A stretch of 64,000 nt of DNA from Podarcis cretensis. Its lineage: Eukaryota. The stretch covers positions 30,566,001 through 30,630,000 of the forward strand of contig OX638152.1 in assembly GCA_951804945.1 (NCBI GenBank), given 5' to 3'. A program made the translations under genes and the position numbers. Shown here piece by piece: positions 1 through 13,448 of the stretch (position 1 is the stretch's first letter; each line of letters starts with the position of its first letter). The notes beneath the pieces are model-generated. The model was not told the origin of the DNA, did no database searches, and saw only the letters and a program-made list of their open reading frames with translations.

Positions 1-1114
1 GGGATATTAATTTAATTTGGTCGTGTGCAGCCACACTTCTGTGTGAGCACCATATGCAGTCCTGCTTGCTGCTTTATAGCTTTGATGATACAAGGAAGAA
101 GTAGTGAAACTTTTATTTTATCCAATAAACTACTGTGGATATGCACATCTTATCTTCTGAACAGAAAGCCTTCTTACCATCCTTGGCAGTTCAATTTACT
201 CTAGAGGGGTTGCAGCTCACAAGCACAGCTTATATTGCCAGATCGGAATAGGATGAGTTCATTTTCTTCTTGGAATCATTTAAAAACTGTTTGCACACAA
301 AAGACTTTCCAAGTTGATCCTTAACTTGTGTCTTTATTTGAGCATTTCTCACTCATATGACATCATACACCCAAGCTTTTCTTTCAAAATCATGTTTGAC
401 ATTTAAATGTGTGGTGGTGGTGTTTTAAAAAACACAACAGCAGAAAACAGCAGACTCTTGTAGATCCTACAGTGTCTAGATCCAGGGCTTTAAGTGAAAC
501 TCCTTTTACCAACTGGGGAAAAAGTGAGGATGCTTCTTGCAGTTTTAGAGGCAGGTACTATGTCTCTGAACCAATGTGAGGGAGTTGTTCAGTGCTGGGC
601 TAGGACTAAGTAGATGAGAGTTCAAATCCCAACCAGAGTAACAGCCCTAATAGTGCACACATAGTTTCCCATCCATGTGTTATTATACACACCTGTTTGT
701 GGAAATGGTCACCCGAAGTTTTCCTGATCACTTCATTTCTAAGGTGAATTTCTGATAGCTCAAGTATGGTCAAGTCTCCAGGGAAGGTGTACCTGGGCTC
801 CCTTGTGTCCTTGGCAGGGAGCTGTATTGCCACCTCCGAAGCTGGTAGAAACCATGGACCAGAAACTCAAAAAGCTTGCTTGTCATCACCTTTCACACTC
901 CACCAATGGCTTTATCCTTGGCCATTGGGGTCAGGTCTGCTCTGCTCTGCTCCTCCTCCCCTCCTCCTCTCCTCCCCCATCAGTCCATCAGTTGGACAGA
1001 TGAGCTTCTAGCCATTCCGAGCCAGAGTGATTTTTGTGCCCCTCCAGGCCGGGTGGGGGGGCCAACCTGGCAAACACCTAGGTATGCCCCTGATTAGTCT
1101 ATGCCAAACTTAGC

Positions 1115-1282
1115 ACATTTGTATCTTACCCTTTCTTCAGGAAGCTCAGGGAAGCATATACAAGGGGGTATTATCCCACCTTAGTCTCAAACCACCTTGA
1201 CAAGGTAGGTTAGCTTTGGGAGAGGTGATTAGCTCAATGTCATCAAGTAAACATGGCTGAGCACAGATTCAAATCCGGTTTT
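1115..1282 (-). mobile_element. MIR/Ther1-derived (Squam3-like) SINE, degraded
   Basis: Resembles the reverse complement of the CORE-SINE pattern (accaccttgacaaggtaggttagc...gattagctcaatgtcatcaagt...catggctgagcacagattcaaatcc, B-box at the right end). Confidence 0.6.
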
Positions 1283-1337
1283 CTTTCTTCTTCCTTCCTT
1301 CCTTCCTTCCTTCTTCCTTCCTTCCTTCCTTTCTTTC
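1283..1337. repeat. (TTCC)n/(TTC)n microsatellite
   Basis: Direct tandem repeat. Confidence 0.95.
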
Positions 1338-2089
1338 TATAATTCTGTAGTCTTGAGAGTTAGGAAATGACTTTGACTTTAAAATAAAAGATATTGGAAT
1401 TCTAACAAGCCACGCCTGGCTTTCCAGGCATGATTTAATAGCCAAATTGGGAATAAAATCAAGGAGTCATAACTCCTTCTCCTTATGTGCTTTTTGTGCA
1501 AGGTCATTCTGCCTGCCTGCCTCTCCCAATCCTGCCAATTACCCTGGCATCATAACCTCTCCTGCAGCTTCCTTGGAACACATTCTTGTGTGCTTGTATA
1601 AAATGTATTCTGTCTGCATATCCTCCCCTTTTAGTGAGGTAAAGGAATCTCATCTACTGTACATGTGGTGTGCAAAATGTAATAGGGAGCCTTACTCCCT
1701 GATGTCTATTCCTTTTACGTGTTTGTATGCTTCTGTACTTTTCATCTAATGGGCAGGCCTATATGTTGCCTATGACTTCTTCCTTAATCATGTTATTCTT
1801 CCTCTGCCTTTGTATAGTTGTCATGGGATGAGGAGTAATAGGAAAAACATCTGTTGGCCTGCAGCCCAACTAGTGCCTGCTTCTGCGTTCTGTGTGAATA
1901 TATGTGAAAAGGGCTAGAGCTCAAGGGTAGCAGTGATGTTTCTTATGTAGATTGTTGTTGGCCATCTAGATCAACCCCCTACTCAATGCAGGATGTATAG
2001 TGCAGGATGTTACCACAACCACAACCTGGTTTCCAGACACCACATCATCCTAGTGGCTGTACTCTTGTCTTCATATCTTCATTTGTAAA

Positions 2090-2210
2090 AGGATCTCAGG
2101 TGGCTGACCTGGGAAAAACCTTAAACTGACACCCCAGAAAGCCATTTGCCACTCTTGAGAAGGCAGCATTGGACTAGATGGTCCCATAGACTAGCCGCAA
2201 ATTAAGCTGT
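2090..2210 (+). mobile_element. tRNA-derived SINE body/tail fragment (same family as 30765-30945)
   Basis: ctgggaaaaacc...cagaaagccatttgcc...gcattggactagatggtccc resembles the body of the better-preserved copy at 30765. Confidence 0.45.
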
Positions 2211-5200
2211 CTTTTTTGCTTTGTTAATAAGTTTGTGCTGTTTTAATTGTGGTTGGTTGTTTTTTTTTTAATGTGTGCTGCATTTTATTCTTACTGTGTT
2301 CTATATTGTAAGTTGCCCTGGGATCATTAATTTGATGAAGGGCAAGCTAGAAAGTGAAATAATAAGCAGACAAACATAGTTTGAGTCAGGGCAAGGCTGC
2401 TTCATATTTTTCTGTTGTAGTGACCCCTGATAAACTGTCTGCTATTCAAACCCAGAGACAAAACACTATTATTTATTTCCAAAAGCAGGCAGGCCAACAA
2501 AAGTTCTTATATCCCCCTCCCCCTTTTATGGACCTTGGTGAAGGCAATACCAAGGTCATTCATAATACAGGATAGTTTGAGAAAGTTGCTTGGGAAGAGA
2601 TGAGGTAGTGATGGATGTTGCTACAAAGAAGGCTTATTTTGTTCAGCCATTATTCTGACATTTTTAGGTGTTCATATGCAACTAGGGATATTTAGAATTC
2701 TGAGAAAAGCATGGAAAGAAGTGGAATTGCTGCAGTTCATGTATTTGTGGTCAGGACCGAAATCAGTCAAATATGACCAGTGTTCATGTTGTTACTGTTT
2801 TTAAGTCCACAAAGCATATGCACATATTGATTTTATTTACTTTGTTTTGACATTTCCTTTACATTGAAATGAAAGGAATGCAAGTTATTTAAATTATGTC
2901 CTTGCCTATTCTCTGATCTCTGGATGAAGGGTGGTATATAAATGTAATAAACAACAACAACAACAACTGGTTATGTAAGTTACGTTAAATAGTGGACAGT
3001 GAGATAATCTAGTGTTTGGTGGCAACTGAACTGTAGTGGAACAGAAACAGATGGTGATGCAAGCAGGTCAGAAATGAAATCATTCCCTTTTTACACCCTT
3101 ATATATAACTGAGAGGTTCCATTAGTGTGTTTGTGTGTGTGCACATGCAAGGGAGATCAAGTGTAGTTATGACAACAAAAGTGGATTTTGTGAGCCCTTA
3201 TGGTAGCTAACAGACTTATACTTTGAGCCTGGAAAAGGAAATCTCCATCATCTATTGCACAATGGTCTAAGGATCTCACTGCCCTGGCTGCATTCCAGCA
3301 TATTTCTTATAGGCATCAGTTTCATGTGCATACATATTAAGACACCTGGAGGGCTTATATTAACTCATATTTTTAAATTTAAGATTCATGTACTGATAGT
3401 TATTGCACCTACACTGTGAACTAAAGGTGGTCTATTATTATCAGATTGATATATTTCTGTTTATTGTTATTATTTCTCTCTTTCTCAACTTCCCTTCTTT
3501 TTTTCTGTTCCTTGTTATATTTACAAATGAAAGAAGTTTCAAGAAGTGTGCTTGTAACCACCAACTGCCTCTCTGTTCTTTGACGTAAATTTAGTTCTGT
3601 CTGGGTATAGTAAGATCTCTCAAACCTGGAAGCTTTTTTAAATGGCAGCCTTGTTTCACATTTCATTGTGTATCTTAATTATGGATATTTATACTTTGTA
3701 AATCACTTAGTAGTGTATATTAGCCTTAAACTGCATATAAACTAATAAATAATATTTATTAATTATATAATAATTCATCCCGTATATTAAAACTGCCCCA
3801 CATTTATTGCATAGAAATATTTTTCAGACAAGGATCCTAACGAACTTATTTGCATAGGAGACTTAATCAGCTTCATTCCTTTATCAAAGAAAACAAACTG
3901 TCTGCTGGATGTTCGAGTGAGAGAATTGGCATTCCTGTAAAAAGAAATTTTAAAAATGGATCAGCTTAGGTTAACAAATCATGGCTTTTTGTCAAACAAA
4001 TCTAATCCTGAAATTAGTGTAGTGTGGGCAATTTAGTTACATTCATATCCTGGCAGCATTTAATTCCAAATGATTGACATGTTGGAAAAGATTCAGTGAA
4101 CAAAATCAATTATTAAAGGGGACAAAGGAGACTGAGTTAAGTTTTAAGACAAAAATAAATCATTGGGTTTGTATTGTTAGCTTAGTGTTGTTTAAAGAGA
4201 GAACATAAGTGTGTGCATATGATTTGAAGTGTGTAGTCAATAATGTCAGAGGATAATTGGTGAGAATAAAAACTTTTTATGCAGTTCAGGATTAAAATAA
4301 AAGAGAACTCTTATTAGGAATTTTGCTTAATATGACCGCTTAAGGGCAAGTGATGCTGAAATTCCTGCATAAAAAGGATTTTTCTAAAAATTAGGAAGTA
4401 ATATGCTACCTTTTTGTAGTTCATCATATGTAATTATCACCTCTGCAGTTAACTTTAGAACCGTAAGTGTGTGCATGAAACAAAAAATAGATGTGTTTAC
4501 CATTGTAGCAAGCTATGGCTCATCTGAAGGTTGTACATTATTTCCTATATGGTGCTCCCCCTATAACAGAAAAGCCCTGATATATGCAAACATCATATAC
4601 CAAGAGATCACAGAAAGCTAGCTATTGATTGGCAGTTTATTAATACATATATTTAAAATTCTTTGCTAAAGATTTGGACATAGGGGTTGTCTTATGTTTT
4701 AGACCATTTGTGGCTCTTCTGTTTTTTTCACTGAGCTTGCCAGTTCTGCACACTGGATGATTTTTGTTGTAACTAGTTAAAAGTGCCTGTACCCTGTGAA
4801 GGAAACCCCTTTCTCCAAAAACATGTTAACCGTGTTGAAAATATTGCTGACATTGTTGCAAGGTATAAAACAGCAACAACAGCAAATACTTTTAAAACAC
4901 AGTGCTTTATAGCAATAAAAATCTGAAATATTTTTTATTTATTTAAGAAAACATATATAGTACTTCATTGTAAAAGAAAGCCAAGCCTTTTAGTGGTTTA
5001 CAAAAATACAAAAGAAATCATTTAAATTATTGATAACAAGTAGATGTTAACAAATATTCAAAAGCTGACCAGTAGCTAAAAAGAAATAAAGCACATGTAT
5101 TAAGCAGGCACTGAGAATGATACATTGCTGCATCTAAATTCCTAGTTGGGGCGTCCCTGAGGCTCCATGCCCAGTGTAACCCAACTGGCTACGCTTCCCT

Positions 5201-5909
5201 AAATCCACTTCCCACACCAAAAGGTGAAAAGGCATCCATGCTGTGCAGATCTAAAGAGGATCATTGTGGGATGTGCTTTGATTCTCTGTGATTTGGATGC
5301 ACTGATTCAGTTCAGCTGCATCACCCAAAATCTCTTTCTGTCCTTAGATCCTCTCTTAAGGCCAATAGAATTTACATTTTTAAAATAATAATAAAAATAT
5401 ATCTCTAATGTTATTTTAGCAGAGAGACAGGTTGTCTTGATCAGCAGAATGGATTGTGAAAGCAGCACATTTAAGTTGGAAGAAATTTAGCGAACATTAA
5501 ATAATGCTTCAGTAATGGATAACTTTCTGACCCTGGAATAGCTCTGTTAATTTAATCTGATTTTACATTATCATACTGTAGCAGTTTTATTACAGTCTGG
5601 CTGCAGATTTGCCACCTTGAGTGTTGGTTGGTAGGATCATACAAGCTCTCTGAAGTTTCATGCAGGGAGTGGATAGAAAAATCCAGGAACTGTTCCTGGT
5701 ATTTTTGGAAGTCTACACTGTCGTAAATTGATCTTCTTCCAGAGCTGGTTTTGAACTGCAGCAGGTGTCCACTTCAGTGTGGGACATACACCCATACCCC
5801 TTGCCACTTGTGGTCTTTAGAGACTACACATCTTGGCTCCAAAGCAATGCTTCTAACAGCTGAGAGAGATTATCCTTTTACTCAAGCAGTTAAGCTGTGT
5901 AATTTTGGA

Positions 5910-5955
<46 letters not shown>
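5910..5955. repeat. (GATA)n microsatellite
   Basis: About 11 perfect GATA units. Confidence 0.98.
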
Positions 5956-8299
5956 TCACAAATGATAATGACTTATGCAGTGGGAAACTTGAAGACAAAA
6001 TACCAAAATTTAATTCAATTAGATTGATGGGACACATCTGAGATAAAAAATGCCTCACAGTTCCCTTTCTAATTTAAATTAGAGACTATGTGGCACTTAG
6101 TGAGCACCCAGGTGTTGGCAAGAATCTGAGCAGACTGTTTCAGGGGACCTTTATATAATGTGAATAAAGTTACCCCCACCTTTTGTTTCATTCTGGGTGT
6201 TTATCCAGAGACATTTTTAGGCCACTATGTGTGGTATGTTGACAACAGTGAAAGTTTAAGGTTGCTGGATGTTTGTTACAGGGTTATTGCTGCTATTGGT
6301 GTCTGCCAAGATGGCTTTTGCTGTCCTGCCAGGCCTTGAATCTTGAATGGGCAGCCTCATTTCTGTTTTAACCTTCTGCTGTCAAATGACAGTTTGTGTA
6401 TCCCCTGCCAAAAACTTTCTCTTAGTTCAGTGAAACCCTGCAAGCTGAGTGTCTTGTGATGACATCCAAATTATTCACATAAACATGAGAATGACTAAGT
6501 AGGCGGGATGATTTAAATGCTGGAATATAAATAACTGTTTGAGAACTTTATAAGGAATTTGGGATAACTGATGTTTTGTAAGAGGGTTTCCTATTGCCCT
6601 TTAAACCCAATGCCCTTCTCTTTCTCATTTCACTGTAGTTGGACAGCTGGCAGACTTTTCTGACTAGTAGAAAACACTGTTTGCTGCAAGAGAGTTACTG
6701 TTGTAAAATCTTTTCTCATTAATACTTGGAATTTAATGCATTTCCTATGTTGAAATAAGCCCTTGGGAGTTGGAACAGTGTGTGTAATTTATATATTTCA
6801 TTGTCGCCTCTGCCCCTTCCCTCTATATATGTTTTCCTTTGATTTTGCCCACATGGGTGCTCTCTCTCTCTCTGTTCTGATGGAGTGATAGATTCCACTT
6901 TTATCCTTTGGATGTCTGAAGGCCTTGGTGTAACGTGTCATAATGGTATAACTGTGACATGGTGGCTACATTTTGCGCATTCTCTTACCTGGGGCAGCAA
7001 TTGCTGTTTCCATTAGAGTAACATGAAGTGACTCTGCTTTCATGCCCCTGCAGTAATTTTACCTTATTATAAATCGGAGGTGCTTGCAGCTAACAGATTC
7101 ACATTGCCATTTTTTTGCCCCAAATGTCTTTATGGAGTTTATTTTTGACAGGGAATGGGATGTAAATAAACTCCAAATAAATGTTTCCCCAAAAAGACAC
7201 TAAATGTTTCAAACCATATGGTGATTCTAGTGTGCTAGGATATTTCTGGGCCCATTAAGACAACTTGGCCAAACTATACAAAGCTTTCTAGCCAAAATTA
7301 GCTGCTGCATCCAATATATTCAATCCATATAGGACAAATCTATTGTGGGTCTCCTAGGTCTTTTATTAGGATTCCCATTATATTGACCTACTTCATTGCT
7401 CGAAGTCTGTTAATGTCTCAGTCCCGAAACCTGTCTTTGTTACTCTATAAAGTATACAGCACATTTGGTATACTATGTAAGAAAATAACACAACACTGGT
7501 GTAGAACATTAAATAAATTAAATGTAGTTAATAATAGGAATTATATTTCAGTGTGCTAGAATTGTTAATCCTAAATTGAAACCTTCCCCCCTTTTTATTA
7601 TTGATTTATTGGTTCCTCTTTCCCAACATGAATTCAAGGCAGCTCACTTAAAAACAAAGTAGTAGAATAAGTAAAAATACAGCATAAAATCAAAGTCTAA
7701 TAACATCAAATAAAATATCAATTATGGAGGTGAAAAACATCAATCGGTGGCCTTAAGCATGTGGTTGGCTCTTACATCTTGCTTTTTGCTTATAAAATTA
7801 TCAACCCTGTGCTTAACAGTTTATCTAGATTGACCAAAAGATTAGAAATTTATTATTGGGTGGGGGATTCTAGAGATACAATATATTTGCTGTTTTCATA
7901 TAATAGAAAGTGTCTTATTTGTTGTTATTAATAGAATATGGAGATATGTACTTAATAGTCTAGAAGTACATAAGTTATAGTGACTGATAAAATGCATTGG
8001 ATTGCCTCTGAAGAATTGTGTTATGTTTGAACTTTACAGAAGAAGCTGCAATAAAATGTTGCAGTGCTTATCTTTATCCTCTATTTCCTCCATCCACCCT
8101 GCCAGTCTGAATGCTTTCCATGCTCACTGAGTTCACTGGGGGTCACCCCCTCCCTTTAGGTTTTAAAAAAATCTCTCAATCTATTTTAAACTTTCTCATG
8201 CTTGCTTGATTAGCTGCCTTTTGTGTAAATGGTACTGTTTTAACCACATAAGGGCCCACCATTCTGAAAAGAAGTTCATTATTAGTATATGCAAGTCTA

Positions 8300-8545
8300 G
8301 GGCAGCCTGGATTCCTGGTTGCCAGTAAAAAGCCTTTCTCCCCTAGTCTGCGGTTTCAGTCATTGTGGCGTGAGGATTAGGGTAGTGAACTTGGCAGAAA
8401 TTAGGGTGACCACCTACCCTCTGTATCATTGCCTGTCTTGGGTTGTGGAATCTTGTAGGGTGGGATTGGCTGAGTGAGTCCAGGGAGCTGAGAATACCTC
8501 ACTGAAAGAAGGGATCATGCAGGTAAGGTCCCCTTGACTGAGGTT
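8300..8545 (+). mobile_element. Possible LF-SINE remnant
   Basis: agcctttctcccctagtc resembles LF-SINE AGCCTTTCACCTCTAGGTC; gctgagtgagtccagggagctgag...gcaggtaagg resembles GACTGAATGGGCCATGGAGACTGAAC...CCAGGTCAGG. Consensus recalled from memory. Confidence 0.45.
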
Positions 8546-8549
8546 TTCT

Positions 8550-9152
8550 ATAGCTACTGGCCAGTTATGTATATCCTTTTTCCTGGCCTAGATGGTTGAG
8601 AGGGGGTTGGCCAACCAGCTGCAGACATTCCTAGATGAAGCAAATTATGTAGACCTATTTTTGTCTTGCTTCATGCCTGGGGATGGTACTGAAACAACCT
8701 TGGCCGTCCTGATTTATGACCTTTAATGGGAGCTGTACCATATTGATTCTCCTTGACCTCTCAGTGATGTTCAATACCATTGACTATGATATCCTCTTGG
8801 AGCAGGCCTGTGGAATGGGAGACACTGTATTGCAATGGTTCCACTCCAATGTATAGGTTGTCTTCCAGAGAGTTGTAGTGAGAGACATTGGCTCAGCCCC
8901 ATAGCAGCTGTGCTGTGGCGTCCTATTAGCCTCCCTCATATCTCCCACAATATTTAATATCCACATGAAACTGCTGAGTGCAGTCATCTGGGGTTTTGGA
9001 CTGTGGTGTCACAATGCCGATAACTTCAAGCTATATCTTTGCATTCTGTCTTAATCAGGAGATGCCGTGCAAGTGTGGATCAGTGGATGAAGGCAGTGAT
9101 AGCCTAGTTGAGGGCCAGTAAAGTGAGCTTGAATCCTGTTAAAGATGGAGAC
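8550..9152 (+). mobile_element. L2 LINE reverse transcriptase fragment, degraded
   Basis: Decayed L2 RT motifs in the expected order: QLQTFLDEANYVD, GTETTL, LILLDLS..FNTID, VLQWFHS, FNIHMKLL, and a KLNP.K-like segment. Confidence 0.85.
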
Positions 9153-10280
9153 ACCCTGAAAATGAATGCTACAACACTACTTTAGTATACACTACTATGT
9201 ATTATAGTATACACTACTAAACCCTTTGTGTGGCTGTTTAAAGACCAATGGTTTTTCTCTTCCTTGGTGTGGCTATGAACCTTCATAGAAACTCAAGCTA
9301 AATAATCCAGGAATAGGAAAAGGGTTCACTTTGCCCTTCGTGGAGAATCATGTGTACGCATATGACATGTCATGCAATGTGTGTTATTCAGACCCTCTGA
9401 AAAGCAGTGGAAGCTGCTTGCTTGGGAATAAAGTTCTAATGGTTTCAGTGATATTTTCTTCCAAGCAAATATGCATAAGATCAGTCTGTAGTTGCAGGTA
9501 AATGGGACTAATGCTACTCAAGTTTTGCCTTTATCTGCAACTTGTATCTTTGTATATGACTTGCAATTGGTTCCCCTCCTCTTTCACTTGTGCTCCCAAT
9601 TTATCCCCCTCTCCCTCCATCCTCCCCATTCCAAATAATTTTGGAATCTGTTAGGAATACGGAATGTAATTTGTAGCTATGTCTGTTGATACAGACCGGC
9701 TATAACCAAACTCACAGGAGACTGAAAGAAAGGGAAAAAAGCAACTGTTGCAAATATTGGCTTAGCTATTCCCAGCCTTTCGTCATTTTTTATTTATTTG
9801 ATTGTCAGCAGTGCTACTAGTGTGCTTCAAACATGGCAAGAAGAAAGTGACAGCATTGAAACTGAAACTCTTGGAAATGTACCAGAGAGTGAAGACTCAT
9901 CGCAAGATACCCTGAGGCCAGATCAGAGGCTGTGATGCAGTGATGCTTCTTTTCTTTCTTTTTCTTTTTTTTCCTTTTTGGAAAGGAAGGAATACTGCAG
10001 CACTTGGACTATTGCTGAGCATGTAAAATACCGGTAGTCTTGCATAGATGTAAAATGGTGTTGCTAGCCAAGGGAAACACCATGCTATGTGAGTTTTCTC
10101 TGGGAGAAATTAGATTTTTTAATTTATTATGTCTTTTTATTGCAACTATAAGAAAAAAGAAATAATATTAACAGGCATTAACATTAAGAATAATCCATCA
10201 AACCCTAATGTAAACACACACATCTCAATATAAACACTTCATATGGCCAAACAGCTGTTAATAGATGATAATAAGTGTAG

Positions 10281-10440
10281 ATCATAGAATTGTAGAGTTG
10301 GAAGGGACCCCAAGAGTCATCTAGTTCAACCCCCTTGTAATGCAGGAATCTCAACACATGGTCCCCCATACAATTTGAAACCACACTGAACCGTGCTTAG
10401 CTTTGCAAATGTGTTAGCAGTTCTATTGCTGCACCGCTAG
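10281..10440 (-). mobile_element. SINE with 5S rRNA-derived head and CR1 3' tail
   Basis: 10281-10352 is a CR1 3' end (atcatagaattgtagagttggaagggacc...tgcaggaatc). 10360-10411 aligns to the reverse complement of the 5S rRNA internal control region. Confidence 0.65.
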
Positions 10441-11634
10441 AAGGATATAAGCTACACTGTTGAAAGGACACTTAGATCTTCATACCATTGAGTAATAGAT
10501 GGTGGGTGATTATCCTTCCAACTTTGTAGCATAAGTCTCTTTGCAACCATAAGGGCATAATGAGATAATGGTTCAATCTGTGCCAGCATGCATCTGGACA
10601 TGCTTTCATCTCGCTGTGTTATTTTTATGGTTTACACCTTTTACATATCCCACCTTTCCCTGTGTTGTATGGACTTAGCATCTTACCCTCTAATGTGTGG
10701 CAGCATACATCTGTGCTGCTTCAAACAATTCTAACAGTGGACTTAGTTGGGGTAAGCTCACATATATTTTTCACTGAGAATGTCAATCACCAAGCTCATA
10801 CCTGATTCAGATGAAAATGAGAAAAATATGTGAGCTTTTAAAGAAACCATAAAGCCAAATCTTGAGTAGATTCTATCTTAGATGTTTGCTCGACTCTTGC
10901 AATTACAATTTGACCTTATCCATATTTGCTTAGAAGCAAGTTCTGCTGAAATCAATGCTTCTTGCTCCCAATTAACAACCATGGAATTTTAGCCTTCACT
11001 GCATTTCAGAGGGACAAGAAGGACAGACTTAGCAGAGAATTTGTATCAAGGTACTCTAAAGGTGTGTCACAGTGCAGCAATGTATGCCCTTAACTAACAG
11101 GGGTCCTATACTGCTTCCTAAATTAATGCTCTAGTCCAATTTTATTGGTAAATTCCTTTTTTGTTGTTCTTTAAAAGTTCAAGAATTGCACAGTGGATTT
11201 TGCTGACTTGATACTTGTATTTTTATATTGTGAGCCACCCTGAAATCAGATAAATGGCACCATACAAAATTAATTATTAATAAATAATAATCATAATACT
11301 TTAAAATTTGTCAGTTTGTTTTGCATATATAGCAATTCAGAATAATTGTTCTCTCACTTTGGTTCATGTGTCTGTCTGCAGTATTTTCTTCCATAAAAGC
11401 TATTTAAACAAACAAGTTCAGTCTTTGAAATGCTCCAATCAAATGTGTATGCATAAATATGCCACAATAGACTTAATGACACGTGCCTATCACTGAATGT
11501 AAACAGCGTAACATTGTTTTCTACAGCACCTCATATAAATACACTGTAGCGAAGTCTTGCACCAGAAATTGGGCACCACCTAGGTTTAAATTAAGAAGAG
11601 GGGCATTCCCTGTTTTTGGTTCCATTGCTAACTG

Positions 11635-12361
11635 ATCATAGAATCTTAGAGTTGGAAGGGACCCAATGGTTATCTAGTCCAACTCCCATGCGATGCTGGA
11701 ATCTCAGCTAAAACTTCCATGACAGATGGCCATCCAGCCTCTGCTTATAAACCTCCAGGGAAGAAGAGTCCACAGCCTCCCGAGGGAGACTGTTCCATTG
11801 TTGAACAGCTCTTACTATCAGAAAGTTTTTCCATATGTTTAGTCGGAATCACCTATTTTGTAACTTGAAACCATTGGTTCAAGTCCTACCTTCTAGAGCA
11901 GGAGAAAACAAGCTTGCATCATCTTCCAAGTGACAGCCCTTTAGATATTTGAAGATGACTATCATATCTCCTCTCAGTCTCCTCTTTTCCAGGCTAAACA
12001 TACCTAGCTCTATCAACCATTCCTCATAAGGCTTGGCTCATAGACCCTTGATCATCCTAGTTGCCCACCTCTGCATACATTCCAGCTTGTTAACATCCTT
12101 CTTAAATTGTGGCACTCAGAACAGTATCCCAGGTGTGGTCTGACCAAGGCAGAAGAGAGTGCTACTATTACTTCCCTTGGTTGTGACACTATACTTCTGT
12201 TGATGCAACCTAGAATAGCATTCACTTTTTTTTGCTGCTGCATCCCACTGCTGACTCATGTTAAGCTTGTGGTCCACCAAGACCCCTAGATCCTTTTCAC
12301 ATGTACTGCTAGTAAGCCAGGTATCCCCCATCCTATATTTATGCATCTGTTTCTTCTGCCT
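11635..12361 (-). mobile_element. CR1 LINE 3' fragment (ORF2 C-terminus plus 3'UTR)
   Basis: Minus-strand ORFs [39 protein letters not shown] and [13 protein letters not shown]...[10 protein letters not shown]; ends in an ATTCTATGAT-type tail. Confidence 0.97.
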
Positions 12362-12888
12362 CCTCTTTTGGTGCTTGCCTTTCCAAACCCAATCCTGATA
12401 GTGCTGCTGTGCTCATGATATGTTTCTCCATGCATCTCCATAGACTGTAGGTTTAATTGTTTTACAAAGCTGTTGAGGGAGGAAACCAAGAAAAAATTAA
12501 GAAAAGCAAAGTACAGTGCTTTTAATATATTTTCCGTGCATAAAATATGTGGCTAATGCCTGGAGAGTGGAAAATATTATGCCTCAGGGTGGCACTTTAA
12601 TTTAAAAAGTGTTTGCAAAGATGAGAGGATTGGTACCCAAGAGCCCTTTCTGCATTCCACATTGCCATGTGCTTGATTCATGGTGGACGATAATCCCACA
12701 GCTTCAAAAATTAAAAGCATACTTTAAGATAAGCATAAATGGAAACATTTTAAAGTCCCTTCTTGCTTGCTTGCTTTCCAGTTTATGAATAGTCAGGGTA
12801 AACTTGAGTTCCATTTTCATTCCCTCTCCGACCCCCCTCAACACATGGGAGAAGTGTCATTTTTTAAATGAATGTTAGGATTCTTATG

Positions 12889-13024
12889 CAGTGTTTCTCA
12901 AACTTGAATTGCCAGCTGTTGTTGGACTACAACCCCCATCATCTCTGACCACTGGTCCTGCTAGCTAGGGATGATGGGAGTTGTGGTATAACAACAACTG
13001 GAGACCCCAGTTTGAGAAACACTG
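12889..13024. mobile_element. hAT (Charlie-type) palindromic MITE
   Basis: TIR CAGTGTTTCTCAAACT / AGTTTGAGAAACACTG; 8-bp TSD TTCTTATG / TTCTTATA. Confidence 0.92.
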
Positions 13025-13206
13025 TTCTTATAGTTCAGTTTTTGTCTCCAAACATTAGGTTTTGAGAGCCCTTTTTCCTCAATGGAAATAAAAATGGGGA
13101 GCCAAGTTGGAAACACTGTTAAATTTGTATTAAATATTTACAGGTGCGAGTTTTAGGGTAAATTTGAAACATTATCTGCAGTACCATTCAGCAGATGTGG
13201 CCAATA

Positions 13207-13433
13207 CAGTGGTACCTCGGGTTACAGATGCTTCAGGTTACGGACACTTCAGGTTACAGACTCCGCTAACCCAGAAATAGTACTTCGGGTTAAGAACTTT
13301 GCTTCAGCATAAGAACAGAAATGCTCCAGCAGCACCTCAGGTTAAGAACAAAGTGGTACCTCAAGTTAAGAACAGTTTCAGGTTAAGAACGGACCTCCAG
13401 AACGAATTAATTTCTTAACCCGAGGTACCACTG
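13207..13433. mobile_element. Tc1/mariner (pogo/Tigger-type) MITE
   Basis: TIR CAGTGGTACCTCGGGTTA / TAACCCGAGGTACCACTG with TA on both sides; same family as 44148-44373. Confidence 0.95.
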
Positions 13434-13448
13434 TATGTGGCAATCCTG

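Noticed and set aside
3828-3940. Possible exon after tttttcag (KDPNELICIGDLISF...)
   Set aside because: Weak donor, unrecognised peptide and AT-rich context.
10360-10440. 5S rRNA gene
   Set aside because: Partial, diverged and fused to a CR1 tail; treated as a SINE head.
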